DNA of 64,000 nucleotides from Nitrospirales bacterium (GTDB lineage Bacteria; Nitrospirota; Nitrospiria; Nitrospirales; UBA8639): NCBI GenBank assembly GCA_965203295.1, contig CBDBCZ010000018.1, positions 1,280,001 to 1,344,000 of the forward strand, read 5' to 3'. Shown piece by piece: positions 1 to 10,722 of this stretch (position 1 is its first letter; each line of letters starts with the position of its first letter). The notes under the pieces were generated by a model. It saw only the letters and a program-made list of their open reading frames with translations, ran no database searches and was not told where the DNA came from. The position numbers and the translations under genes were made by a program.

Positions 1-457
1 GTTTTGATTACCACTCGAGAACTTTATATTATCACTGACGCATTACATGGATGGTACATAACTACAGAATGTGTCATAACAGCATGTATCATTGGTGAAG
101 CAATGTCGTGACAGTAACAATTATCTCTTTCTGGTGTGATTTGAAATGAGTAAAATCAAACAATGCGTATGTGTAGCTAACCATTTTCTGAGTGAGCTGC
201 CAGGGAATGGCCAGAAGAGGTGGCATCTTAAGTGCTATTGATGTACTTGTCACCAGACCAGATTTGACCTTCTACCCTTCAATTTTTATTCTTTGCTTGT
301 TTACAGGGAAAGGCTGTTGGTTTGTCGTGGCGCTATCTTTTTTTTGTCCAGGGAACATGAAAGCAAAAATAATACTCTTATAGCTACCCGTTAAGCCCAG
401 TAGCTATCATAGCTCTTTACCTGGCACACTTGCATTGATGTGTGTTGTACCAAACCA

Positions 458-810
<353 letters not shown>

Positions 811-1261
811 AACTTAGGCACTGCAAATTGTCTACAATCATACTGCACTGCTGGAAAGTATTGGGAAGGCATTACTAGTGCTAGCATTGTAAAGGCCAAG
901 TATTGATAGGATTTTAGATGCCATAATACAATGATTATTGCATGTATTTCTTGTGATAGAAGCTGCTGCAGCTGAGTCATGGAACAGTCATGGGTATTAA
1001 TTTTGATGTTACTTTTTTTGCTAGAATTTATGATGTGTAAAATAACATAATTTACTGTTTACACCCCGACATAAATAAACCTATACAGCCATAGCTCAAG
1101 TTAAAGACTGTACTATGTGTATAGATTGTGGATATTTGCTTGGTGAGACTATATTCAGAACAATCTTTACTATTAATCAACAAACTTAAACTGCTATGTT
1201 TTAGTCCAAATCTTAACCAAGCATATAAAACTCAGACACTTACCAGCATAGTCAGTCACTG

Positions 1262-1723
1262 CACACTGCAAAAATAAAGTGGTTGGTTTTACCCACATAA
1301 GGTCACCTCAGTTGCAGCTCCAGTATACCAGAGAATGCTCAGTTACTCGCGTGCAGTGCAATAAGATTACTTTCCTCAAAAGCCAAGCTAGATCAGCTTT
1401 TTTAGGTGCATGGGATAGAAATGGATTGGTACAAAATATGCGTTGCTAATGGTCTTTCCTTCCTTTAGAAATTCGAGCCTAAATAGGGTGGTAAAGTGAT
1501 CCACTTGTTTACATTGTTTTGTACATGTACACTGCAACTGAGATATCCCTAGCTGGTTTAAAGCAACCTTTTAGGTTTTGCAGTGCGTAAATTATAGGAG
1601 CCATAAAGGTATTATGTTGGGCAAATAATGTAATTGATCTACCTGTATGCACATTTTTTGGTAGTGAACTTGCAACTGAGATACCCCCAGCTGGATTAAG
1701 TGACCCTTTTGTTTTTGCAGTGT
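1262..1723. mobile_element. Non-autonomous DNA element with CACTGCAAAAA termini (CACTA/EnSpm-like)
   Basis: cactgcaaaaataaag at ~1264 and ctttt-gtttttgcagtg at ~1706-1722; the right end is internally duplicated at ~1530-1585. Confidence 0.5.
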
Positions 1724-2367
1724 GATGACTCACGTGGAATGTGTTCTCTCTTCGCAATAAAGCAAACTGTAGTGCAGTGCTTTGGATATATTTGATTTTG
1801 ATATACTGAGATGAGGTGCAGTGAATCAATTTAGAACACTATTAGATTGTTATCATTGTGGATTGAAGAAAATTTAAGCATACACTCTTTTCAGATGAAA
1901 TTCAACTCTATATTGACTAATGCCACGTGTCATGAGTATTTAGCTAAACAAGCAATAAAGCAAGTAATATAGCTTGTGATGCAATCACAAAAAGTGTCAT
2001 TGAATTGTGAGTTACTGTAGTGACCTCAGCCCCACATCATCTCATCACAGCATTCTCAACCATACCCAATTGGTTTCTATACTTTATAGATGTATTATCA
2101 TATCTCCCCCACCCCTTAGCATCACAAACTTTTAGACAGTGCTATAGGAGAAAAATATTATGAAAATAAAACAACTTGCGTACTCAATCAAATTGAGTCA
2201 AATACAGTTAGGGCAATAACAGTTTGAAACTTTAAGTTTCAAACTGTTATTATGCCCTTGATCAGTAAGGTAATACTAAAGAGAAAAAATGTAGCCAGCT
2301 ATTAATTCTTTTGGTGATGACCGATCACATGTTCATGTCTTTTTTTACTTTTCTACAGAGGAAAGCA

Positions 2368-2944
2368 ATGTCTTTGGAGATCCACCCGAGCCTGCTGTCG
2401 AGCATATATCATAGGTTTACTTTGTACACCAATTCTTTCTTTCTCTTGCGGGTTCCACTGATGATCAATGGGCAAACTTGTGCAATTGGCTGCTCAGAGG
2501 GAATGCTCACCCTCAACTCCCGCTATCCCAGCCTCGGAATTACGTTTGCCTCCCTCATTGATGATGTGAACGACGTGGCAAAGAAGTATGGTATCTCTGA
2601 AGTAACCAAGTACTGGATTGAAGATGTTCCTCTTTTCAAGCTAGAGTACTCCTCGGCAGATGGAATGAAGAAGTTCATTCACTCAGCTGAAATGGTACAA
2701 AGTGAAATAGCTACAAAAATCTCAGCACGGATTGCTGTAGCTTCTGGTTTCACTAGTTCCCACCAATTCAACCGTCTTCCTGTGATGGCTCATACAGAAG
2801 TCTTCCTAATATCCCCTGAGCTGGCTGGTAAAGATGCAGACCTGAAGCTGGTAACTTTAGAGAACCTCTCAGCCTGTCTTGCCAAGCAAATGGAGAGTGA
2901 GGTGTTCAACTTTGGGGACGTTTTTAGACGATACAGGATCAAAG
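2368..2944 (+). CDS. First coding exon, N-terminal domain of unknown function (MSLEIHPSLL...)
   Basis: Acceptor ttctacag ends at 2358, ATG at 2368, open frame to donor AAAG|gtgcct at 2945. Confidence 0.7.
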
Positions 2945-3010
2945 GTGCCTATTAATTAAAACTAATTGTAAAGATTTATATCTTATTATGTATGTTATAA
3001 CTTTATTCAG

Positions 3011-3265
3011 GATATCTAACATCGCATCAGCTGCTTGAAGAGCTCAATGAAATTGTGGAGTGGTACCATCTTGGAATCCGCTTAGGTATCACTGAAGCAG
3101 ATTTGAATGGTATCAAGCTCGAAAATGATGACGTGAAAGGCTGCAGATCCAAGATGCTTTCCACATGGCTTGAAAAGAGCCCTCAGCCCACATGAGCTAC
3201 CATCATCAATGCACTCACCAGCATTGGAAGGAGAAGCTTGGCATACAAAATGGCCTGGAAGTATG
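3011..3265 (+). CDS. Death domain exon (in-frame TGA at 3193-3195)
   Basis: Manual translation gives the W-x2-LG-x2-LG ... ML-x2-WL ... PT(W>*) ... AL-x2-IG-x3-LA pattern of Death domains; flanked by cag| and |gtatgc. Confidence 0.8.
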
Positions 3266-3463
3266 GTATGCATGAATCTGTGTATTTACTTCTTGTTTTG
3301 TGCTGTACACTAATAATTTTGTGCCTCTACGTAGGTATCCCAGTAGCAAGTTTAACAGAGACAAAGCAAGTTTCAATGCCAGTTCCTACTCCAGAGAAGG
3401 TAATTTTTACAAGATAGGGTGATTTATGTATAGCTATCAGACATTAAACCTTTTTTGACACAG

Positions 3464-4768
3464 ATGAGTGATTCCAATCAGCAGAAGCTCAAAAGTGAAG
3501 TACAAGAGCTGCAGAGCAGCATAGAGTCAAAGGACATGGAATTGCTGGTCAGCAAACAGACAGCAACTGAAGCACAGAATGCAAGATATATTGCCAGAGG
3601 GAGACTTGAAAAAGTTGGAGAGCAAGCTGTGGAAACCCAAACAAAAGTAACACAGCTGCTCAAGAAATCATCTGATACCTGGGATCAATTGGAGCTCAAA
3701 CAAAAAACCCTGAAAGTATTTCAGAAGCTTCCAGAAAGTGAAAAGGCAGAGTTGCAAGGAGTCATTGACCACACAAACCAGGAGATACAGAAGCTCCAAG
3801 AAGAACTTGAAATAATCCAGGCTGAACTAGAATCGGAAAAGAAAAAGGCTTGTTCTCTTCCTGATCAGCTCTCGCAGGCAAACAAAGAGCTAGCTGAAAA
3901 ATCTGCAAGAGTTCAGGAGCTGGAGTGGGTACGCCAGGAATTGGACACTTTGCTGGAACTTAAGAGAAAGAGGGTTGATCAGCTGCTGATGCAAGTGGCT
4001 GCTGCTTCGAATTTACAACAGTACAACATGAAAATGAAGGTGATAAAAATATTAACTTTTGGTATATCAGATGTTAATTTATACATATATATTTTTATAC
4101 AGCATCAGCTTGTCACAATCAAAATGGAGTTAGAGGCAAAAATAGCAGAGGTGGCCAATCTCAAGCAGACTGTTGCTTACCAAGATGCAGAAGTCCAGCG
4201 TCTGTCTGCTAAACTCCGGAGCAAAGAAGCCCTCCTACATGTACAAATATTGCTCATGCAACTCTCTCAGGCAACAAAACCTGACCACACCCAGGAGCTG
4301 AAATCGATGGGAGAGCTACAGAGGCTGACAGAGAAGGTCTCAGAGCTGAGGGTGAAGTTGCTTTATGCAGAAGATGCGAAACAGGAGGCACAGAGGCAGA
4401 TGGAGGCTGCTGAGCTGAAGAGCAGGCTGCTACAAGAGATTGTGAGGGAATACAGGCAAAACCCACCTCCTGTTCCACCAAGGCAATTACAAAGGCTAGC
4501 ACCAAAACTACAGGAAAGCAGAAATCCCCCACCACCTGTTCCACCAAAGCAATTACAAAGGCAAGCGCCAAAACTACAGGAAAGCAAGCAAGCCCCACCT
4601 CCTGTTCCACCAAGGCAATTACAGGAAAGCAGGCTAGCACCGGAACTACAGGAAAGCAGGAATAACCCACCTCCAGTTCCACCAAAGCGATTACAAAATC
4701 TTGAGCCAGAATTACAGGAAAGCAGGCAAACCTCACTTTCTGTAACACCAAAACAATCACGGAAGCCA
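3464..4768 (+). CDS. Coiled-coil exons plus PPPVPP(R/K) repeat region; contains a 63-nt in-frame intron at 4040-4102
   Basis: ORF 3455-4789 is E/K/Q/L heptad-rich. The AT-rich segment VIKILTFGISDVNLYIYIFIQ is bounded by AAG|gtgata and tatacag|. Donor gtaagc at 4769. Confidence 0.8.
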
Positions 4769-5266
4769 GTAAGCAAAAGTATAGCTTAGATGGCTGAGAG
4801 CTATATTGTTATTCTTGGTAATGCATTGGAGTAAGAAAGGGTTTTTGTTTACACACATGCATGGTATTCCATTAGTATTGATATTAATAATGGAATTCCA
4901 TGCATGTGTCGAGAATATCAATGCTATCCTTGGCTAAGCATGTTAATTAAAAATTCTTCTTGAGCATATTACTACATATTATGGGACAAATCCAGTAATT
5001 TTAGTCTATGGAAAATGGGCAGGCTTTATTCAGTTTATATAGCTGCATGATGCAGGCTCATTTAACTGGATAAATACTGATGGATTGATTCAATATTGCA
5101 GTCTAAGTACTTATAATACACGCCAACAAGCTAGTGAGTAGGGTTTATTATCAGAACACACTTCATGCGAGGTAGATAAGCATGTAAAGTACACAGGAGC
5201 CACATATTCACAGTGTACAAAAATGCAGCTATATTATGTATATAATGCTCACTCGATCCATTGCAG

Positions 5267-5614
5267 TTACCACATCCTAGAAAAGATTCGTGGGAATACA
5301 GAACATTCACCCAGAATTCTGCTGAAATTGTTGACACACTGGCTCATATGATGGTAGCTGCCAAAATTGCAAGCAAATTGAATGCGGCCGGCATAATAGG
5401 CGACTCAATCACTAAGCATGTATACAATTATGGTCCTTGGATTACAGAGAGATTCAGGCTTCAACACATCATTGCAGCTCTAAAGGACAAGATTCACCTA
5501 GATGCACAAAAGTATTACTACTTTCGTGACGTTATTCTTTCACTTGGTGCTGATGCAGACACAGCTCTTCCCTTCTTGCCAGAAAATGATAAATCGATTT
5601 TAATAAATTACTGA
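5267..5614 (+). CDS. CARD-like death-fold exon
   Basis: Acceptor ttgcag| at 5266, phase 0, matching the donor at 4769. EYRTF..NSAEIVDTL..IASKLNAAGII..LQHIIAALKDKI..YYYFRDVIL resembles CARD helices. Confidence 0.6.
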   Translation, partial: LPHPRKDSWEYRTFTQNSAEIVDTLAHMMVAAKIASKLNAAGIIGDSITKHVYNYGPWITERFRLQHIIAALKDKIHLDAQKYYYFRDVILSLGADADTALPFLPENDKSILINY

Positions 5615-5704
5615 ATTGTTATTTAAATTTCTAGATGGATTTGCGATGAAGCTTATTTATTAATATTATCTCACCCTGCTGGTGTGTGCATACTCAAATC
5701 ACAG

Positions 5705-5761
5705 ATCCAACAATCTATAAGTCTGCAACAAGGAAAGCTAGGTCTCTCTTTGAAGACCAAG
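5705..5761 (+). CDS. Putative 57-nt phase-1 linker exon (DPTIYKSATRKARSLFEDQ)
   Basis: cacag|atcc...caag|gtcagt; stop-free and phase-compatible with the Kelch exon acceptor at 8710. Confidence 0.45.
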
Positions 5762-5911
5762 GTCAGTCACATACAGTGCTCCTGACATAAAGAGTACATT
5801 TTGAAAATATTACATATTCTGCTCTATCTCCTTCAATGTTTGCAGTCAAGATCTCAAAGTGATATGTATACGTATTCCTACACACATTTACTCACACATG
5901 CAAAAACCTTA

Positions 5912-6056
5912 TTAACCCTTTCACCGGTATAGGCCACTTTATTGCCCAAAGAAACAAAATGAAAGCCCATACTTTATATTAATGCCTACTATATAAAAAC
6001 ACCATATAAATTCATATGGGCCTTATGGAAGCAGGTCACTACCAGTGAAAGGGTTT
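5912..6056. mobile_element. piggyBac-like MITE (TTAA + CCCTTTCAC TIR), copy 1
   Basis: ttaaccctttcacc...gtgaaagggtt; inverted homologue of 6171-6314. Confidence 0.65.
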
Positions 6057-6057
6057 A

Positions 6058-7087
6058 TAATTAGATTAGGCAATACCACAGGAACTTTCAGCCTTGTATG
6101 TTCATCTGCTTGAAAAACATGTTTTGGCCTGAAAAGGAAGTGTTGTGAGCTAGATTTCGCTTTTTTCAGTTTAACCCTTTCACCCGTAGAGACCTGCTTC
6201 CATAAGGCCCCTAATAATTTATGCGGTGTTTTTATATCAGGCGTTAATATTAAGTATGGGCTTTCGTTTTGTTTCTTTGGCCAGTACAGTGGCCTGTACC
6301 GGTGAAAGGGTTAATGTAGTAAACCTTATGTACTACGGTTGACCCAGCTTTTAAGTGCAGACTCCAAGTAGCTAGATTAAAAGTTATAGGCAAACGTCAG
6401 ATTCTTGGGTGCCAAAACGCTTACTATTAGGCACGATTTGGTTGCAGCCCTGAAAGTTAAGAGCTAACTTTTTAACACGTAATAACACCTATATTAAAGA
6501 AATAGCGTTAAAAAATTTAGAGTTCATTATCCTTCTGTAAACGGAGATATAAGCAATTATTGTTAAGAATTAGCCAAAAAACATCCACAATTTATCATGG
6601 TCTTCCATCACTCTGTACTTAAGAAGTGGTGATGAAAACATCATAACTGGATCATGTAAAGACTCCTGTTCTATATTTTGGCTCTAAAAGTGAGCTTGAA
6701 AGGTGACTTGTGGCTTCTAATATCATTAAAACACATTTTTTATTTACTGAGTCATGGCAGACTTGAGCTTTTTTTCATTTTTTGGCAAATTTTAAACAAT
6801 AATCACACTTATCATCTCAAGTTATCAATGGTCTATAGACTTTAAACTTTCAATACACAGCATAGATGCTGCTAGCCACCCTTAACTCCCAGATTTGTAG
6901 ACAAATATTGTGTTTATGCGCCCAAAAATGTGCCGTTTGCCTGTAACCTTTTATCGGCTTGGAGTATGTCCAGCTAAAAATTGAAGATTTAATTCCTAAT
7001 GGTTCTCCTCGTTTAAGCCAAAACGTATTTTTCAACCAGGTGAATGTACAAGGCTTTAAATTTCTGTGATTTCGCCTAATCTAATTA
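6058..7087. mobile_element. ~1 kb non-autonomous DNA element with long imperfect TIRs, containing a nested piggyBac-like MITE
   Basis: taattagattaggcaat..cagccttgtatgttcatc..ttgaaaaacatgttttggc at 6058-6130 is inverted at ~7015-7087 (gccaaaacgtatttttcaac..tgtacaaggct..gcctaatctaatta). Confidence 0.65.
6171..6314. mobile_element. piggyBac-like MITE, copy 2, with TTAA at both ends
   Basis: TTAA-CCCTTTCACC...GGTGAAAGGG-TTAA. Confidence 0.75.
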
Positions 7088-8710
7088 AAATTCACACATG
7101 TGCACAAATGCATACCACTGTTGAGACCTTAAATATAAACCACATAGGAGATAGAGAAGAATATGTGATTTTTTTTTGAAATGTACTCTCTGTGTCAGAA
7201 TCAGAAGCTCTAGCTGTATCTATATTTTTCACCATGATCGAGATACTTATAAGAAATACTAATACCTAGCTCACACATGGTATAAAGATAGTTTTATTAT
7301 GCAGGATCCTGCCTGTATACACGTATTAGTTATAATACGTCCAGGAGGGGTGTTGTTGATTTATAAGCACAAAGCCCAAGGGCTGAGTGCTTATCAATCA
7401 ACAAAATTCTGACTGGGCATGTTTTAATTGATTTCACTGTACGAGCCTGCAGCTGCCAGTGCTTATGCTCTGTTACATAAGAATACTCTACAGCTTTTTT
7501 TACACCTGGAAATGTGGCAAAAAGCAAGCACTTTGATCACTATCAGACACGATTTAGATTTCAACGTTAGTGTCGAGATTAGTAATCGCTTAATTAACAC
7601 TATAAATCGTGAGACAAACAGACACACCGACAGAGCCAATCACTGCCGCATACATGCAGGGTAAATACAGGATACAAAATATATACAGCGATACCGAAGT
7701 ATAAACAAAATGCAAAGTACTGCTCTCTAGATGTGACACATTTTCCACGCAACTTCACATCCAGAGATCCTGATTGTGTGCACGCATGTATGCTATGAAA
7801 TTGAAAAGCCTACCAGTTTTGGAAGAAGAGATACATTGTCAAGACTTCGTAGTTACTGACTCGATATTTCGTAGCTGCTGTTACAGCACGTTGTGGTACA
7901 ATAGTGAAGACTGTACTTATGCCAAGACTGTACATGTTATAGTTAAACCACCCACTAGACGCATTTACCTGGAACTGTCCGAGTGTATTGATGGTAAATG
8001 CGTCTAGGGGGTGGTTTAGCTGGTTTGTAGCATGACAGCCATACACATCAAAGGCACCGTGACAGCTGCAACAGCTGCCGTGTTCTAACTTCCCTAATTG
8101 TTGTGTTCTAACTACCACTAATTAGAAATTAGAACACACCTGGCAGTTAGAACACTTCTACACTATTATATAAACTGTAGGTGGTACCTTTGATTTGTAT
8201 GGCTGCCATGCTACAAGTGCATATATATAGCTAATGGAAAGTATCCAGGTGCTCACACATATGGGCATTGCTTCCACTGTTTGTGCATACTTAAAAATTC
8301 ATAGCCTGCTTAGTCTACACCATGAAAGTTGTTAGTCTAAACCATGAAAGTTGACAGACCTAAGCTCTACAGGAAGTTGGATGTGCATGATTGCTACCAC
8401 TAACACCTATCTGAGGCAGCTGTGGTGCTAGCTACTGCTAGTGCACATGTAGCAAAGAGACAGCTGTGGTTATCACTGGGATCACTTTTTAATCTGAGTG
8501 GTTTTCTGTAGTGATCATGTGTAAAGGGTGTGAGTACAGCAGTTCGTACACTGAGTCATCTGAGTTTTGCACGGTGCTATAGCTAGCTGTAAGATTGTGT
8601 AGCTACAGTGGGTACTGTTATTGCAATCTAGAATAGATAGTTATTTAATCTCACTCCGGAAGCTGCCCGCTTTACTAGTTTCACCAAAACACACACACTA
8701 CCACCTACAG

Positions 8711-9618
8711 GGCATGTGGCTGGGCAAAAGCAGGTCCCTTATAGAATGAAATGGTTGCAGGCCAGTAATACACCGGAAAAAATGTACAGAGGAGCTACTG
8801 TCTCCCATGGCAAGATGGCCTACTTCAACAGTGAGAGCTCAACTAGTGTGTACTGCTACTGTAACAACACACAACAACAACTATGGTCGCAGCTACCACA
8901 CTGCCATAGCATGGACTCTGCCCTAGTGATGGTAGAAGGAATCCTTACCACTGTTGGGGGGAGGGATCAACATCGGCAGCCTACTGCCTCCCTAACCAGC
9001 CTTACTGACGTGGGCAAGGAGAGGAAGTGGGTGGAACTATTCCCACAGATGCCCACAGCACGCTACTTGCTTACCGCAGTGTGCACGGAGAGGAATGTAA
9101 TAGCCGCCGGGGGGTATGGTGGTGATGGCATACTGACTACAGTTGAAATTCTGGACACTAAGTTACAGCAGTGGTTCTCAGCCATTTCTCTCCCATATCC
9201 AATGTACTCAGCTTCAATTACAGTTTGTGAAGACTCACTTTACCTGCTAGGTGGCTATGATCTCGACGGGCGAACTCGATCAGTACTCACCTGTTCCATC
9301 CCCGACCTCCTACATGAACAGCAAGTATCAGCCTATCGACCTGCAGTGTGGCATCGAGCCAGTGACACTCCTTACTATGGATCTACAGCGGTTAATGTCG
9401 GAGACCAGCTACTAGCTATTGGTGGGTGTAAAGATATATTTAATGAGTACACTTCAGCTATTGTTGCCTACGATACTACCTTTGACTTTTGGAAAGGCAT
9501 GGCACGCATGACTACACCTCGGAGCTGCCCACTAGTGGCTCTGTTACCTAATAAGGAACTAATTGTAGCCGGAGGGTTCGAAGGAGCAAAGACAGTAGAA
9601 ATAGGCAAAATTTACTGA
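8711..9618 (+). CDS. Kelch-repeat beta-propeller exon (probably the terminal exon of the upstream death-fold gene, otherwise a standalone gene)
   Basis: 300-aa ORF with Kelch GG motifs (LTTVGG, VIAAGGY, LYLLGGY, LLAIGG, LIVAGGF) and W..MPTAR/MTTPRS; acceptor cctacag| at 8710. Confidence 0.88.
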
Positions 9619-10722
9619 AATGTTTATATCTAGTTTTGGCATTGTTCATTGTTTTTGTTTTATCAGTACTGTATATGTATATACTTCTTTCTATTGTACT
9701 CTGTGGAAATATTTCAGGCAGAAACTAATTTTTCACCACAAATGTCCATGCACGACTATACATATACAGTATACATAGTACTTAGCTTGGCCACTTACCT
9801 TGCTTTGGTGATTAATCCTGGCAAATGCACGACTCAGACATAGGCAGCAAATGAACAAATAATGCTGTCTAGGCTTAACCCATTGTTAGCATTGTACATT
9901 GTAGAAAATGTATTTACCTAATTTTTCTAAGGAAAGGTGACAGAGAAAAGGGTGGGAGAAAGAAGTGACCTTGAATCAGCTACATGTAGGAAGCTGCTAC
10001 AGTTGCTAGCAGGTAAAAAAGCTGAACCAAACATCTGCTTAATTTGAGGTGCATGTGAAGGGCAGTCCCATCTCATTGACCTCGACTAATGGTATCCTTT
10101 AACAAGGTATCTAGAACAGAGGCCATGCACAGAACCGACAAACAGAAAACAGAAACTGATTCTGAAAATTTGTGCATTCATGTGCACACTTTTCCTCATT
10201 GTCATCATAGTTTCTACTTCATGCTATATATGCTTCACCCAGCTATATACACCCTGCATATAACTAGTACAATGTCATGATAAAGTTTTTAGTATACAGA
10301 AATTAGTTTCAAATCATCAGTTCTTAATCCCGGTGAAGTTGATGAATACATACAATAAATATATTTAAAGTGATCTAATTATTGCTGTTGTAAGTTCAAT
10401 GATCAGCAAACGTTAGTATCCATTTCAATACAATCCTGAAATCGGCATAATAGTTGCCTTACATTAACCAAAGGAACTTTTGTTCCCTGTACATGCATGT
10501 CTTAGATCTAATCAAGCTGGGTATAGAAAAGTTGTGATGGCGAGCTTTTAATTATTAATCCTGTGATTAAAAAACAATATCAAACTACAAAATTATTGTT
10601 ACAGAAATAGCATGATAAAGATGCGATATTACTCTATTTCTACATACAACTTGCTGACCAATATTCCCAAAAGGGGTTCATATTGACAATTTAAAAGAAC
10701 TATATAGCTTGTCAATGAAGCC

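Larger units (their letters stand above)
2368..5614 (+). pseudogene. Multi-exon Death domain / coiled-coil / proline-rich / CARD-like gene with a premature TGA
   Basis: Phase-compatible GT-AG exons 2368-2944, 3011-3265, 3335-3399, 3464-4039, 4103-4768 and 5267-~5588/5614. Exon 2 reads ..LNEIVEWYHLGIRLGITEADLNGIKLENDDVKGCRSKMLSTWLEKSPQPT*ATIINALTSIGRRSLA.. (Death domain) with TGA at 3193-3195. Confidence 0.75.

Noticed and set aside
3193..3195. Selenocysteine or recoded TGA
   Set aside because: The position corresponds to a conserved Trp, not Cys, and other Trp codons in the gene are TGG; I did not identify a SECIS element.
4254..4776. Minus-strand hydrophobic and Gly/Cys repeat ORFs
   Set aside because: Antisense of the proline-rich coding repeat.
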